This document shows positions 54,860-63,156 of a stretch of DNA of 64,000 bases, in pieces (the stretch's first letter is position 1; every line of letters starts with the position of its first letter). The translations under genes were made by a program, and so were the position numbers. The DNA comes from an uncultured Atopobium sp. Its GTDB lineage: Bacteria > Actinomycetota > Coriobacteriia > Coriobacteriales > Atopobiaceae. Location of the stretch: assembly GCA_902485095.1 (NCBI GenBank), contig CABTJC010000011.1, positions 197,564 to 261,563 of the forward strand, in the 5' to 3' direction. Under the pieces are notes generated by a model, which made no database searches, was not told the origin of the DNA, and saw nothing but the letters and a program-made list of their open reading frames with translations.

Positions 54860-56892
54860 TGTCTGACACTACTACTACTTCAACAAAGCAGGGAAGTGTA
54901 GAGATGGACGATGTCCTTCGCTACGAACTGCTTGAATCAAACGGCCCAAAGGGCGCTCCAACAGGAGATCCAGTTCTTTCTGTTCGTGACCTTAAGGTTT
55001 CCTTTAATACTGAGGCTGGTCGTGTAGACGCAGTTCGCGGTGTTAACTTTGACCTTTGGGGTGGCCGTACTCTTGGTATCGTAGGTGAGTCTGGTTCTGG
55101 TAAGTCAGTAACCGCTCTGTCTCTTATCGGTCTTCTTGATGACAATGCTCACGTTACCGGCTCTATTAAGCTTGGTGACGAGGAGCTTATTGGTAAGACC
55201 GATGAAGAGATGTCACAGCTCCGTGGTACTAAGATTTCTATGATCTTCCAGGATCCACTGTCTGCTCTGACTCCAATGTTCTCTATTGGAGATCAGCTTG
55301 CAGAGGCTCTGCTTACTCATAATCCTCACATGAGCAAGGCAGATGTCCGTAAGCGTTGTATTGAGCTTCTCTCCATTGTTGGTATTACTGATCCAGAGAA
55401 TCGTCTGGATTCTTTCCCTCATGAGTTCTCTGGTGGTATGCGTCAGCGTGTTGTTATTGCAATTGCTATTGCAAATAACCCTGACATCATCATTGCTGAC
55501 GAGCCAACTACTGCTCTTGACGTAACTATTCAGGCTCAGATTCTTGACGTCTTGAAGGTTGCGCAGAAAGAGACCGGTGCAGCAGTTGTTCTGATTACTC
55601 ACGACCTTGGTGTTGTTGCAGGTACTGCTGATGACATTATGGTTATGTATGCAGGCCGCGGCGTAGAGCGTGCAAGCGTTGATACACTTTTTGCTGAGCC
55701 TCGCCATCCTTATACCATGGGCCTTCTGGGTGCTGTTCCAAAACCTCACCTTCAGGCAGAGCATAGGCTTGTTCCTATTAAGGGCAATCCACCATCACTT
55801 GCAGCCATTCCAACTGGTTGTCCTTTTAACCCACGTTGTCCTATGGCTACCGAGGAGTGCTCCAAGAAAGAGCCAGTTCTACTTCCTGCAAATGCTGCTG
55901 AGGGTCACTTGGCATCTTGCCACCACCTTCAGGAGATTTGCGAGAAGAACCTCACCTATGCTGAGGTGTATCCAGACTTTGAGCCAATCCTTCCAAAGTG
56001 GGTTGACGTTCCTCGTAATGAGCGTCCTGTTGTGCTTAAGGTTGAGAACCTTACCAAGACATTCCCTGTTCAGGGTAAGGGCTTTATTAGGCGCAGCAAG
56101 GGCACTATGACTGCAGTTGACCGTGCAAGCTTTGAGATCCATGAGGGAGAAACCCTTGCGCTTGTTGGTGAGTCTGGTTCTGGTAAATCAACAACTCTGA
56201 TGCAGATTATGGATTTGCTGAAGCCTGAGGATGGTCGTATTACGGTCCTTGGCAAAGATGTTGCTGAGCTTAAGAATGCTGCACAGCGTAGAGAGCTGCG
56301 TAAAGATCTTCAGGTTATCTTCCAAGATCCAATGAGTTCTCTGGACCCACGTATGCCTGTCTATGACGTTTTGGCTGAGCCACTTCAGGCACAGGGTTGG
56401 AACAAAGAGGATATTAATACTCGTATTGGCGAGCTCATGCGTCTGGTTGGTATCAACCCAGACTATGTTGACCGCTTCCCATCCCAGTTCTCTGGTGGTC
56501 AGCGTCAGCGTATTGCTATTGCTCGTGCTCTTGCAACAAGTCCAAAGATTCTTCTCTTGGACGAGCCAATTGCATCTCTGGACGTTTCCATTCAGGCAGG
56601 TATTATTAACCTCCTTGAGGATCTTCAGGTTCAGTTGAAGATTTCTTATCTCTTTGTTGCTCACGATCTTGCTGTTATTCGTCATATTTCTGACACGGTT
56701 GCTGTTATGCACCTGGGCAAGATTGTTGAGTACGGTGAGACTGAAGACGTCTTTACTAACCCACAAGATCCTTACACTCAGGCGCTTCTCTCGGCTATTC
56801 CAATTCCTGATCCAAAGATTGAGCGTACCCGTGAGCGCATGATCTACCAGGATGGTAAGCTGGTTCCTGCTACTCACATCTCTAACGAGTAA
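54859..56892 (+). CDS. Fused tandem ABC ATP-binding protein (OppD-OppF-like duplicated ATPase)
   Basis: Two complete nucleotide-binding modules in one 677-aa ORF: GESGSGKSVT/FSGGMRQR/IIADEPTTALD and GESGSGKSTT/FSGGQRQR/LLLDEPIASLD. Confidence 0.9.
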   Translation: MSDTTTTSTKQGSVEMDDVLRYELLESNGPKGAPTGDPVLSVRDLKVSFNTEAGRVDAVRGVNFDLWGGRTLGIVGESGSGKSVTALSLIGLLDDNAHVTGSIKLGDEELIGKTDEEMSQLRGTKISMIFQDPLSALTPMFSIGDQLAEALLTHNPHMSKADVRKRCIELLSIVGITDPENRLDSFPHEFSGGMRQRVVIAIAIANNPDIIIADEPTTALDVTIQAQILDVLKVAQKETGAAVVLITHDLGVVAGTADDIMVMYAGRGVERASVDTLFAEPRHPYTMGLLGAVPKPHLQAEHRLVPIKGNPPSLAAIPTGCPFNPRCPMATEECSKKEPVLLPANAAEGHLASCHHLQEICEKNLTYAEVYPDFEPILPKWVDVPRNERPVVLKVENLTKTFPVQGKGFIRRSKGTMTAVDRASFEIHEGETLALVGESGSGKSTTLMQIMDLLKPEDGRITVLGKDVAELKNAAQRRELRKDLQVIFQDPMSSLDPRMPVYDVLAEPLQAQGWNKEDINTRIGELMRLVGINPDYVDRFPSQFSGGQRQRIAIARALATSPKILLLDEPIASLDVSIQAGIINLLEDLQVQLKISYLFVAHDLAVIRHISDTVAVMHLGKIVEYGETEDVFTNPQDPYTQALLSAIPIPDPKIERTRERMIYQDGKLVPATHISNE

Positions 56893-57052
56893 CAAAGATT
56901 CAATAAATTTTTTGAAAACCCGCACTTAAAACTAGGTGCGGGTTTTTCTTTGTTACAAATAGTGAACGAGGTTGTTACGGGAATGTTTCTGCTATGGAGT
57001 ATTTTCAGGCAATTTCGTATAGTTAAGTGAATATCTGTAGGCCTTTAACGAA

Positions 57053-58828
57053 ATGGGTGATCATATGGCTGACAGTTTTTCCCGTCGTTCGTTCTTTGCT
57101 TTGACTGGAATCACCGCCGCAGGCCTTGGCCTTGCTGGCTGCGCTCCATCAAATCCTCAGAGCAGCTCTACCACCACTGGTACTGAGCCACAGGACGGCT
57201 CCCCTGCAAACACTCCTCTGGATCAGCTTCCAATCCCAGAGAAGGGCAAGACGTACAACAATCCTAAGTCTCGTGATGAGGTTAAGGATGGCGGTACTCT
57301 GACTCAGCCAATCAACGAGATTGGTCCACAGTGGAATTATTACCAACTTGCTGGTAATACCTCTTACATGAACATCCTTCACGGTCTTATCAACCCTCGT
57401 GACCTGTTCCTTAACAATGCTGATGGCGATAAGTTTGAGCCAAACAAGGATTACATCAAGGACTTCAAGGTAGAGGAGAAGGACGGCAAGCAGGTTGCTA
57501 CCCTGACCTTCACTGATCAGGCTACCTTCAACGATGGTACCGCTATTGATTGGACCGCAATTCAGACCGCATTCATCACTATGTGTGGTCAGAATAAAAA
57601 GTTTGCGGTTTCTTCAACTGATGGTTATGACAAGTATGAGTCTGTTGAGCAGGGTGATACTGCTAAGACCGCTGTTATTACCATGAAGGAGCCAGTCTAT
57701 CCAATCGAGAGCATCTTGAGCTATGCTCTGCACCCAAAGCTTCAGGATCCAGACTTCTTCAACAATGGCTATAACAATGAGCCACACAATGAGCTTGGTT
57801 CTGGTCCTTATATTGTTGATTCTTTCGATGACTCTGCTGTAACCTTCAAGCCAAATCCAAAGTGGTGGGGTGACGCTCCTAAGCTTGATACCCTTGTCTA
57901 CAAGCAGATGGATACCCAGGCTTCCATTAACGCATTCAAGAACGAAGAGACTGACACTACTGGTTCTTCCGTCGCAGGTTCTGCTGAGCTTCTTTCTAAC
58001 TTCTCCGGTCTTGGTGATAAGGCTCAGATTCGTCGTGGTCTTGGTATGTCTATTGCTGTTATCGAGCTTAACTCTACTCGCGGTGCTCTTCAGGATGTTG
58101 CAGTTCGTAAGGCATTCTGCCAGATCGTTGACCCTGCAACTATCGTTTCCATTGTCTTCCAGGGTGTTAACTGGAAAGAGGACGCACCAGGCTCCATGCT
58201 TTGGCCTTACTGGGCAGCTGGTTATGACAACAACCTCCCAGACGATATCAAGAACCTCAAGTCTGTTGACGAGCGCAAGGCTGCTGCAAAGAAGACTCTT
58301 GAGGATGCAGGCTATAAGCTCAATGGTGATTACTACGAGAAGGATGGCCAGCAGGTAACCTTTAGCTACACTCTGTTCGGTGACGGTACCACTGTTAAGA
58401 ACCGCGCTGCTGCAATCCAGAAGATGTGCAAGGACGCTGGTATTAACCTTACCCTTGATTCTCACCCATCTTCTGAGTTCTCTGATGTTCTTACCTCTGG
58501 CTCTTGGGATGTCTGCCTCTTTGGTTGGGTTGGCTCCTCAACTTCTTACAACAACGGCAATCAGCTCTACGGCTCTGAGTCTGGTTCCAACTTTGGTCAG
58601 CAGGGCTCCGCAGAGACCGATGAGATGTTTGCAAAGGTTGTCTCTACCAAGGACTTTGATGAGCGCATGAAGCTCATGAATGAGGCTGAGAAGAAGATGA
58701 TGCAGACTTACGCATATCTTCCTGTCTACACTGGTCCAGACTGCTACGTTGTTAAGAAGGGTCTTGCCAACTTTGGTCCATCACTCTTCCAGAGCACACC
58801 AGCAACCATTGTTGGTTGGCAGAAGTAA
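57053..58828 (+). CDS. ABC transporter substrate-binding lipoprotein, family 5 (encoded last in its operon)
   Basis: Tat signal RRSFFALTGITAAGLGLAGCAP with lipobox; 591 aa; the alternative ATG at 57065 is in frame. Confidence 0.85.
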   Translation: MGDHMADSFSRRSFFALTGITAAGLGLAGCAPSNPQSSSTTTGTEPQDGSPANTPLDQLPIPEKGKTYNNPKSRDEVKDGGTLTQPINEIGPQWNYYQLAGNTSYMNILHGLINPRDLFLNNADGDKFEPNKDYIKDFKVEEKDGKQVATLTFTDQATFNDGTAIDWTAIQTAFITMCGQNKKFAVSSTDGYDKYESVEQGDTAKTAVITMKEPVYPIESILSYALHPKLQDPDFFNNGYNNEPHNELGSGPYIVDSFDDSAVTFKPNPKWWGDAPKLDTLVYKQMDTQASINAFKNEETDTTGSSVAGSAELLSNFSGLGDKAQIRRGLGMSIAVIELNSTRGALQDVAVRKAFCQIVDPATIVSIVFQGVNWKEDAPGSMLWPYWAAGYDNNLPDDIKNLKSVDERKAAAKKTLEDAGYKLNGDYYEKDGQQVTFSYTLFGDGTTVKNRAAAIQKMCKDAGINLTLDSHPSSEFSDVLTSGSWDVCLFGWVGSSTSYNNGNQLYGSESGSNFGQQGSAETDEMFAKVVSTKDFDERMKLMNEAEKKMMQTYAYLPVYTGPDCYVVKKGLANFGPSLFQSTPATIVGWQK

Positions 58829-58936
58829 GTAAGGGATAAGGCTATCTTCTCGCAAAGTTCTTTTGAGAAAAAGTTTTTAATTTTTCTCAGTAAAGTTGCT
58901 TGAAGATGTGTTAGTATATCCCTCGCTGCAAAGCAA

Positions 58937-59026
58937 GTCGGAGTGGCGGAATTGGCAGACGCGCTAGCTTGAGGTGCTAGTGACCTACTAACGGTTGTGC
59001 GGGTTCAAGTCCCGCCTCCGACACCA
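58937..59026 (+). tRNA. tRNA-Leu (anticodon GAG), type II with long variable arm, encoded CCA
   Basis: Acceptor stem GTCGGAG/CTCCGAC, D-arm GGCGGAATTGGCAGACGCG, anticodon stem-loop CTAGC-TTGAGGT-GCTAG, long variable arm, T-arm GCGGGTTCAAGTCCCGC, 3' ACCA. Confidence 0.85.
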
Positions 59027-59035
59027 CGGAATTTC

Positions 59036-59064
59036 GGCGGATCTCTTCGGAGGTCCGCCTTTTT
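59036..59064 (+). terminator. rho-independent terminator with UUCG tetraloop after tRNA-Leu
   Basis: CGGCGGATCTC pairs with GAGGTCCGCC (one G-U wobble) around loop TTCG, followed by TTTTTCG. Confidence 0.8.
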
Positions 59065-59114
59065 CGTATACTTAGACTATGTGATTTGTTTTTCCTTGCT
59101 GGTAAGGAGTGACT

Positions 59115-61406
59115 GTGGCAGATAACAAGCTGAGCGTAAGGCGTGTTGAGGGAGTTGTCGACGGAACCGTTGCTGCAACTCTGTCTCAGTTGCTGCGCCT
59201 GACCAGCGATGCAGTCATTGTTTTTAATATGGAGGGCACAGTTCTTCTCGCCAATGAGGAGGCCGAAAGCTTATTTGCTAAGGAAGACGGCACCATTGCC
59301 GGCCTGGATGTTCGCTTTTTGTTCACGCCGGCAAATCAAGAGAACTTACAGAAACCGTTCTTTGTAGAGTCGCTGCCGTTTGCGATTGATGGCTCCACTT
59401 CCATGGTGGCCGCTCCTGCGCAAGATGGCACGTCGCAGGTTTTGAGTGTGCGTGCGGATTATGTTGGTGCGCCTACACAGGCTATTGTTTTGACTGCCTC
59501 TAAGCTTCGTGACATGGCTAGCCCTATGCACGATGATGAACGAATGGTCTTGGACCTTCGTCGAGCTAATAAGAGGCTCTCAGGAGCGCTTCAGATTGTT
59601 TTGGACACGCTTGACTCGGAAGATATGGGTCAGCTTATCGAGCGCGTGTTAGAAGAGCTCTCAGAGACTGTCGAGGCTGATGGTGCGCTTATCTATCTTG
59701 CTGAGCAAGACGGGTATCACCTTCATGGTGCAACGGAGTCTTTGAGAAGTGCGTCATTGGATAGAATTCCTCGCTACTTTGCATTTAACAGCTCTCTGGA
59801 GCGTTTGACGTTTTATTCCGAGCACGCACTTCGCTTGCATACCATGCCTTTGAACTCTAGCGCGCTCAAGCAGGGAAGAGTTAAAAAGCGCAACCTTGTT
59901 AACGAAGAAACTCGTGAGGTCATAACCGTTGACGCAAGTCATTTGCCTCCGTTTACCAGCTTTCTTGTGGTTCCTGTGTGGTTTGGTGGCCACATTGTTG
60001 CTCTGATTGAAGTGGGCTGGGAGCGTAAGCGTGCGCTTTTGGTTGAAGACGCACGGCTTCTGGACTCCATTGCAAATTACCTCTCGGTACAGCTTGTGGG
60101 CGCGTTGTCGGCCATGAGAACGCAGCGTAGAGATGCGCTTCGCGAGGCATTAGCTCGCGTGCGCCAAGGATTGCTTCATAGCGCTGCAGAGGGCGAGAAA
60201 ATCTCTGGTGAGCGATTACAGCAGGTTATGAGGTCGGTGGGTACTGATCTCTCTGCACAGGTTTTCTCGGTAGATTGCTGTGAGGTCACAGGCAACATTA
60301 CGCTCCATGCGCTTGGCGCTGAGCAAGCTGCAGCCGGGACCGGCGTCGCGCAGGATGGCGGCAAACAGATTGCGCTTCCATCGACGGTTGAGGGGCTCAA
60401 GACAGGGGAGGGCCAGGCGTCGGTCAAAGAGGTCGAGCTGGATTCTGCGCTGAGTCGCGCGCTTGCTGCACAAGGTTTGCCGTGCAAGGGAGCTGTGCTC
60501 TTTTTGGGTAAGTTTGCAGGTGAGCAGCATACCTGGCTTTTCTTGCGAGAAGAAAACGCTGAGCCTCTGAGCGATATTGAGCTTGATTTCTTGGATCGCG
60601 TGATGCTTCTGGTCCACTCGTTGGCCGTTGGTGCCGAAGAGAGCCAGCAAAATAAGCATATCTCCCAGGCGCTGCAGTCGGGCATGAAAAATGAGCTGCA
60701 GCAGGTTGAGGGAATCTCTGCCGAGGGAATTTATTCATCCGCAACTGCTGATGCGTTTGTCGGCGGCGATTTTTACAGCATGATTAAGCTGCCTGGTCGT
60801 CGCGCGTGCATCATTATGGGTGATGTTTCTGGCAAGGGCATTGAGGCGGCTTCTATTTCGTCCGCAGTTAAAACGGCACTTTCTGCCTACGCGTGGGAGG
60901 GAAGAACTCCTGCTCGCATGGTAGCAACGCTCAACGAATTCTTGCTGGGCTTCTCAAGGGTTGAGACGTTTGCGACGCTCTTTGTCGGTATTGTTGACCT
61001 TGCAACCTCATCGCTTATGTACTGCTCAGCTGGCCATCCACCAGCGATTTTGGTGTCTGCTCAATCAGGTGACGCCGAGCTTTTGGACGTACAGTCGGGC
61101 GTTGTGGGTGCGTTCCACGACATGGAGTACAAAAACGGCACAGTTCGTTTGCATGAGGGCGATATCTTGCTGCTTTACACCGACGGAACCACAGAGGCTC
61201 GAAGCCCTGAAGGCGCTTTCTTTGGCGAGACTGGACTCCGTGACATGATTATGAACGAGGTTCCCCAAGGCTTTGACGGCCTTTTGAACAGGTTCTTGAG
61301 CACGCTTGATCGCTACACCGGCCGAAGGCTTGATGACGACGTTGCTATGGTGGCTCTGCGCTTTGACGAGCTTGGCGGTGGCGACTCTGGTGAGAAGAGC
61401 AACTAG
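59115..61406 (+). CDS. PAS-GAF-(GAF-like)-PP2C serine phosphatase (RsbU/RsbP/SpoIIE-like)
   Basis: N-terminal PAS-like region, GAF-like middle region(s), C-terminal SpoIIE/PP2C motifs (FVGGDFYSM, GDVSGKGIEAASISSAV, YTDGTTEAR). GTG at 59115 is 5 nt after AAGGAG; the track GTG at 59109 is also possible. Confidence 0.85.
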   Translation: MADNKLSVRRVEGVVDGTVAATLSQLLRLTSDAVIVFNMEGTVLLANEEAESLFAKEDGTIAGLDVRFLFTPANQENLQKPFFVESLPFAIDGSTSMVAAPAQDGTSQVLSVRADYVGAPTQAIVLTASKLRDMASPMHDDERMVLDLRRANKRLSGALQIVLDTLDSEDMGQLIERVLEELSETVEADGALIYLAEQDGYHLHGATESLRSASLDRIPRYFAFNSSLERLTFYSEHALRLHTMPLNSSALKQGRVKKRNLVNEETREVITVDASHLPPFTSFLVVPVWFGGHIVALIEVGWERKRALLVEDARLLDSIANYLSVQLVGALSAMRTQRRDALREALARVRQGLLHSAAEGEKISGERLQQVMRSVGTDLSAQVFSVDCCEVTGNITLHALGAEQAAAGTGVAQDGGKQIALPSTVEGLKTGEGQASVKEVELDSALSRALAAQGLPCKGAVLFLGKFAGEQHTWLFLREENAEPLSDIELDFLDRVMLLVHSLAVGAEESQQNKHISQALQSGMKNELQQVEGISAEGIYSSATADAFVGGDFYSMIKLPGRRACIIMGDVSGKGIEAASISSAVKTALSAYAWEGRTPARMVATLNEFLLGFSRVETFATLFVGIVDLATSSLMYCSAGHPPAILVSAQSGDAELLDVQSGVVGAFHDMEYKNGTVRLHEGDILLLYTDGTTEARSPEGAFFGETGLRDMIMNEVPQGFDGLLNRFLSTLDRYTGRRLDDDVAMVALRFDELGGGDSGEKSN

Positions 61407-61464
61407 ATAGTCTTCTCGTCAACTAAACGATTTTCTCGTCAAAAAAGGCAGATATCTGAAATTC

Positions 61465-62223
61465 TTGTTGCTGCGCGGGAACAAGAAACGTATGTATACG
61501 CAGCCAAACATAGCAGTTGTTTCAGTCAATACTGACCTTGACGTGAGGGGAGTTCCGCGCGTGAAGGCTCAGATTGAGCAGCTCATTGATAGCGGCTGCA
61601 GAAGAATTGTGCTGAATATGTCGGAGGTTTCGTACATCGATTCATGCGGCATGGGCTTTATCGTGTGCGCTGTTCGACGCATGAAGACGCTCGGTGGTCT
61701 TATGAGCTTGACCAACGTGCAGCCAACGGCGTTTAAGGCGCTGGTACGCATGGGTCTTATCGATTTCATGCCTATAAGTACCTGCGCCGCAAAGTCGCGC
61801 GTGACTCCGCTTGCACCGGGCACGCATCCATCGTTTCAGACAACGTTTAGAGTTGATCCCAATAAAATGTGCGACGCTCGCTCAAGGGCTATCGCGCTGC
61901 TGAAGACGCTGCCGTTTACCTCGGATCAAAAGTTTGACATTGAACTTGCAGTTGGCGAGGCTATTGGCAACGCCGTTGATCACGCGTGCGAGAAGGGCGT
62001 GCTGACCACGGTCTCCGCGTATCCAGACAGAGTGGTCATTGACGTCTCGGATTGCGGTGGTGGTTTTAGCGTCTCCGATGAGGAAGAGCCTCCCGAGACC
62101 GGCCAGTTTGCCGAGCGTGGACGCGGCGTTAAGCTGATGCGCCTGCTTATGGACGCCGTGTCTATCCAGGAGAAACCTTCCGGCAACGGCACCATTGTTC
62201 GCCTGGTCAAGATGATGCGCTAG
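61465..62223 (+). CDS. Fused anti-sigma-factor antagonist (STAS, N-terminal) and RsbW-like anti-sigma-factor serine kinase (HATPase_c, C-terminal)
   Basis: Residues ~15-115 form a STAS domain with phosphorylatable-Ser context YIDSCGMG. Residues ~135-250 form an RsbW/SpoIIAB-like GHKL kinase (GEAIGNAVDHA N-box, DCGGGF G-box). A TTG start is predicted; the ATG at 61492 is an alternative. Confidence 0.75.
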   Translation: MLLRGNKKRMYTQPNIAVVSVNTDLDVRGVPRVKAQIEQLIDSGCRRIVLNMSEVSYIDSCGMGFIVCAVRRMKTLGGLMSLTNVQPTAFKALVRMGLIDFMPISTCAAKSRVTPLAPGTHPSFQTTFRVDPNKMCDARSRAIALLKTLPFTSDQKFDIELAVGEAIGNAVDHACEKGVLTTVSAYPDRVVIDVSDCGGGFSVSDEEEPPETGQFAERGRGVKLMRLLMDAVSIQEKPSGNGTIVRLVKMMR

Positions 62224-62274
62224 GGCGTGTGGGTTGCGTGCGCAGGTTGCGTACGCAGGTCACAAGTGATTTCA

Positions 62275-62310
62275 ACCCGGTATCTATTTCGTGTGGATAC
62301 CGGGTTTCTT
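62275..62310 (+). terminator. hairpin terminator after the STAS-kinase gene
   Basis: AACCCGGTATC pairs with GATACCGGGTT (11-nt loop), followed by TCTT; T-tract weak. Confidence 0.5.
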
Positions 62311-62329
62311 GTGCGAAAGCGCTGTTAGT

Positions 62330-62720
62330 GGACGGGTTTCTCGCCAGGCGGGTGGCGTGAGCTGAGTGTGAGCCTGCTGCAAGCCTGATTTTCTCGCCAA
62401 GTCTGAACGATTTGCCTGAAAAACGTACCATGTCTGAGCTATTTGCCGGTTTTTCTCGCCATGTCTGAGTAAATTTACTCAGACATGGTGGGGCTTTCAG
62501 GCTCGCAAAATTTGGAGACAACACCCTAGTTAGAACGTGCCTGATTTCTGCAAAGAATCTGTAACTTCTGCCTAAATAAGTAAAAGAATCGGTGGATTTG
62601 CCTGATTTTGTCAAAGAATCGGTGTCTCAAATACAGATTCTTTGCACTTTTCAGGCTCGTCTGACTAAAACGTTTGCACTTTTCAGGCACGCAATCCAGA
62701 ATTCCAGCAAGCACGGTCGC
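62330..62720. repeat. Repeat-dense non-coding region (interspersed ~15-25 bp direct and inverted repeats)
   Basis: Four classes of direct repeat are interleaved with two inverted repeats. TTTTCTCGCCA[A/T]GTCTGA occurs at 62388 and 62450, with a partial copy at 62335. TGCCTGATTT-N-CAAAGAATC[T/G]G occurs at 62537 and 62599. TTTGCACTTTTCAGGC occurs at 62639 and 62683. CATGTCTGAG occurs three times. There is a perfect 14-bp inverted repeat CATGTCTGAGTAAA/TTTACTCAGACATG at 62460-62489 and a 9-bp inverted repeat CAAAGAATC/GATTCTTTG at 62612-62644. Confidence 0.5.
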
Positions 62721-62727
62721 GCGCGAC

Positions 62728-62756
62728 AAAAAGAAACCCCAGCCGAAGCTGGGGTT
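62728..62756 (-). terminator. rho-independent terminator after tRNA-Cys (minus strand)
   Basis: Minus-strand hairpin CCCCAGC-TTCG-GCTGGGG followed by TTTCTTTTT. Confidence 0.7.
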
Positions 62757-62766
62757 GTCAATTCAC

Positions 62767-62840
62767 TGGAGGCGAGACCCGGATTCGAACCGGGGATAAA
62801 GGCTTTGCAGGCCTCTGCCTTACCACTTGGCCATCTCGCC
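62767..62840 (-). tRNA. tRNA-Cys (anticodon GCA)
   Basis: Reverse complement reads GGCGAGATGGCCAAGTGGTAAGGCAGAGGCCTGCAAAGCCTTTATCCCCGGTTCGAATCCGGGTCTCGCCTCCA: 7-bp acceptor stem, anticodon loop CU-GCA-AA, T-arm GGTTCGAATCC, encoded CCA. Confidence 0.85.
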
Positions 62841-62878
62841 ATATGAAAAAGGCCGAAACGAATCCGGCCGAAAAATCA

Positions 62879-62954
62879 TGGAGCGGGCTACGGGGTTCGA
62901 ACCCGCGACCTCAACCTTGGCAAGGTTGCGCGCTACCAACTGCGCTAAGCCCGC
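62879..62954 (-). tRNA. tRNA-Gly (anticodon GCC)
   Basis: Reverse complement reads GCGGGCTTAGCGCAGTTGGTAGCGCGCAACCTTGCCAAGGTTGAGGTCGCGGGTTCGAACCCCGTAGCCCGCTCCA: anticodon loop UU-GCC-AA, encoded CCA. Confidence 0.85.
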
Positions 62955-63156
62955 GAACGCGAGGAATAATATACGCAAGTTCACGGCTGAGCGCAAGTGT
63001 AAATTTCAAAATCGTCAAACTTTTTTAGAAAAGTCACGAATCCCGTGGCGCTCAAGAGGTGGATTTTTCTTGCAAAACTTGTAAATAAGAGCAGGTAAAT
63101 TGCCAAGTGTGACTGCTTGCCGTATCATAGAACAAGAACTTTTTGAATGAGGTTGT

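Noticed and set aside
57614-58465. 283-aa minus-strand ORF
   Set aside because: Antisense to the SBP gene 57053-58828.
62207-62614. 135-aa minus-strand ORF across the repeat tract
   Set aside because: Overlaps the 3' end of the STAS-kinase gene and the repeat region. The translation is low-complexity and simply mirrors the repeats; no RBS.
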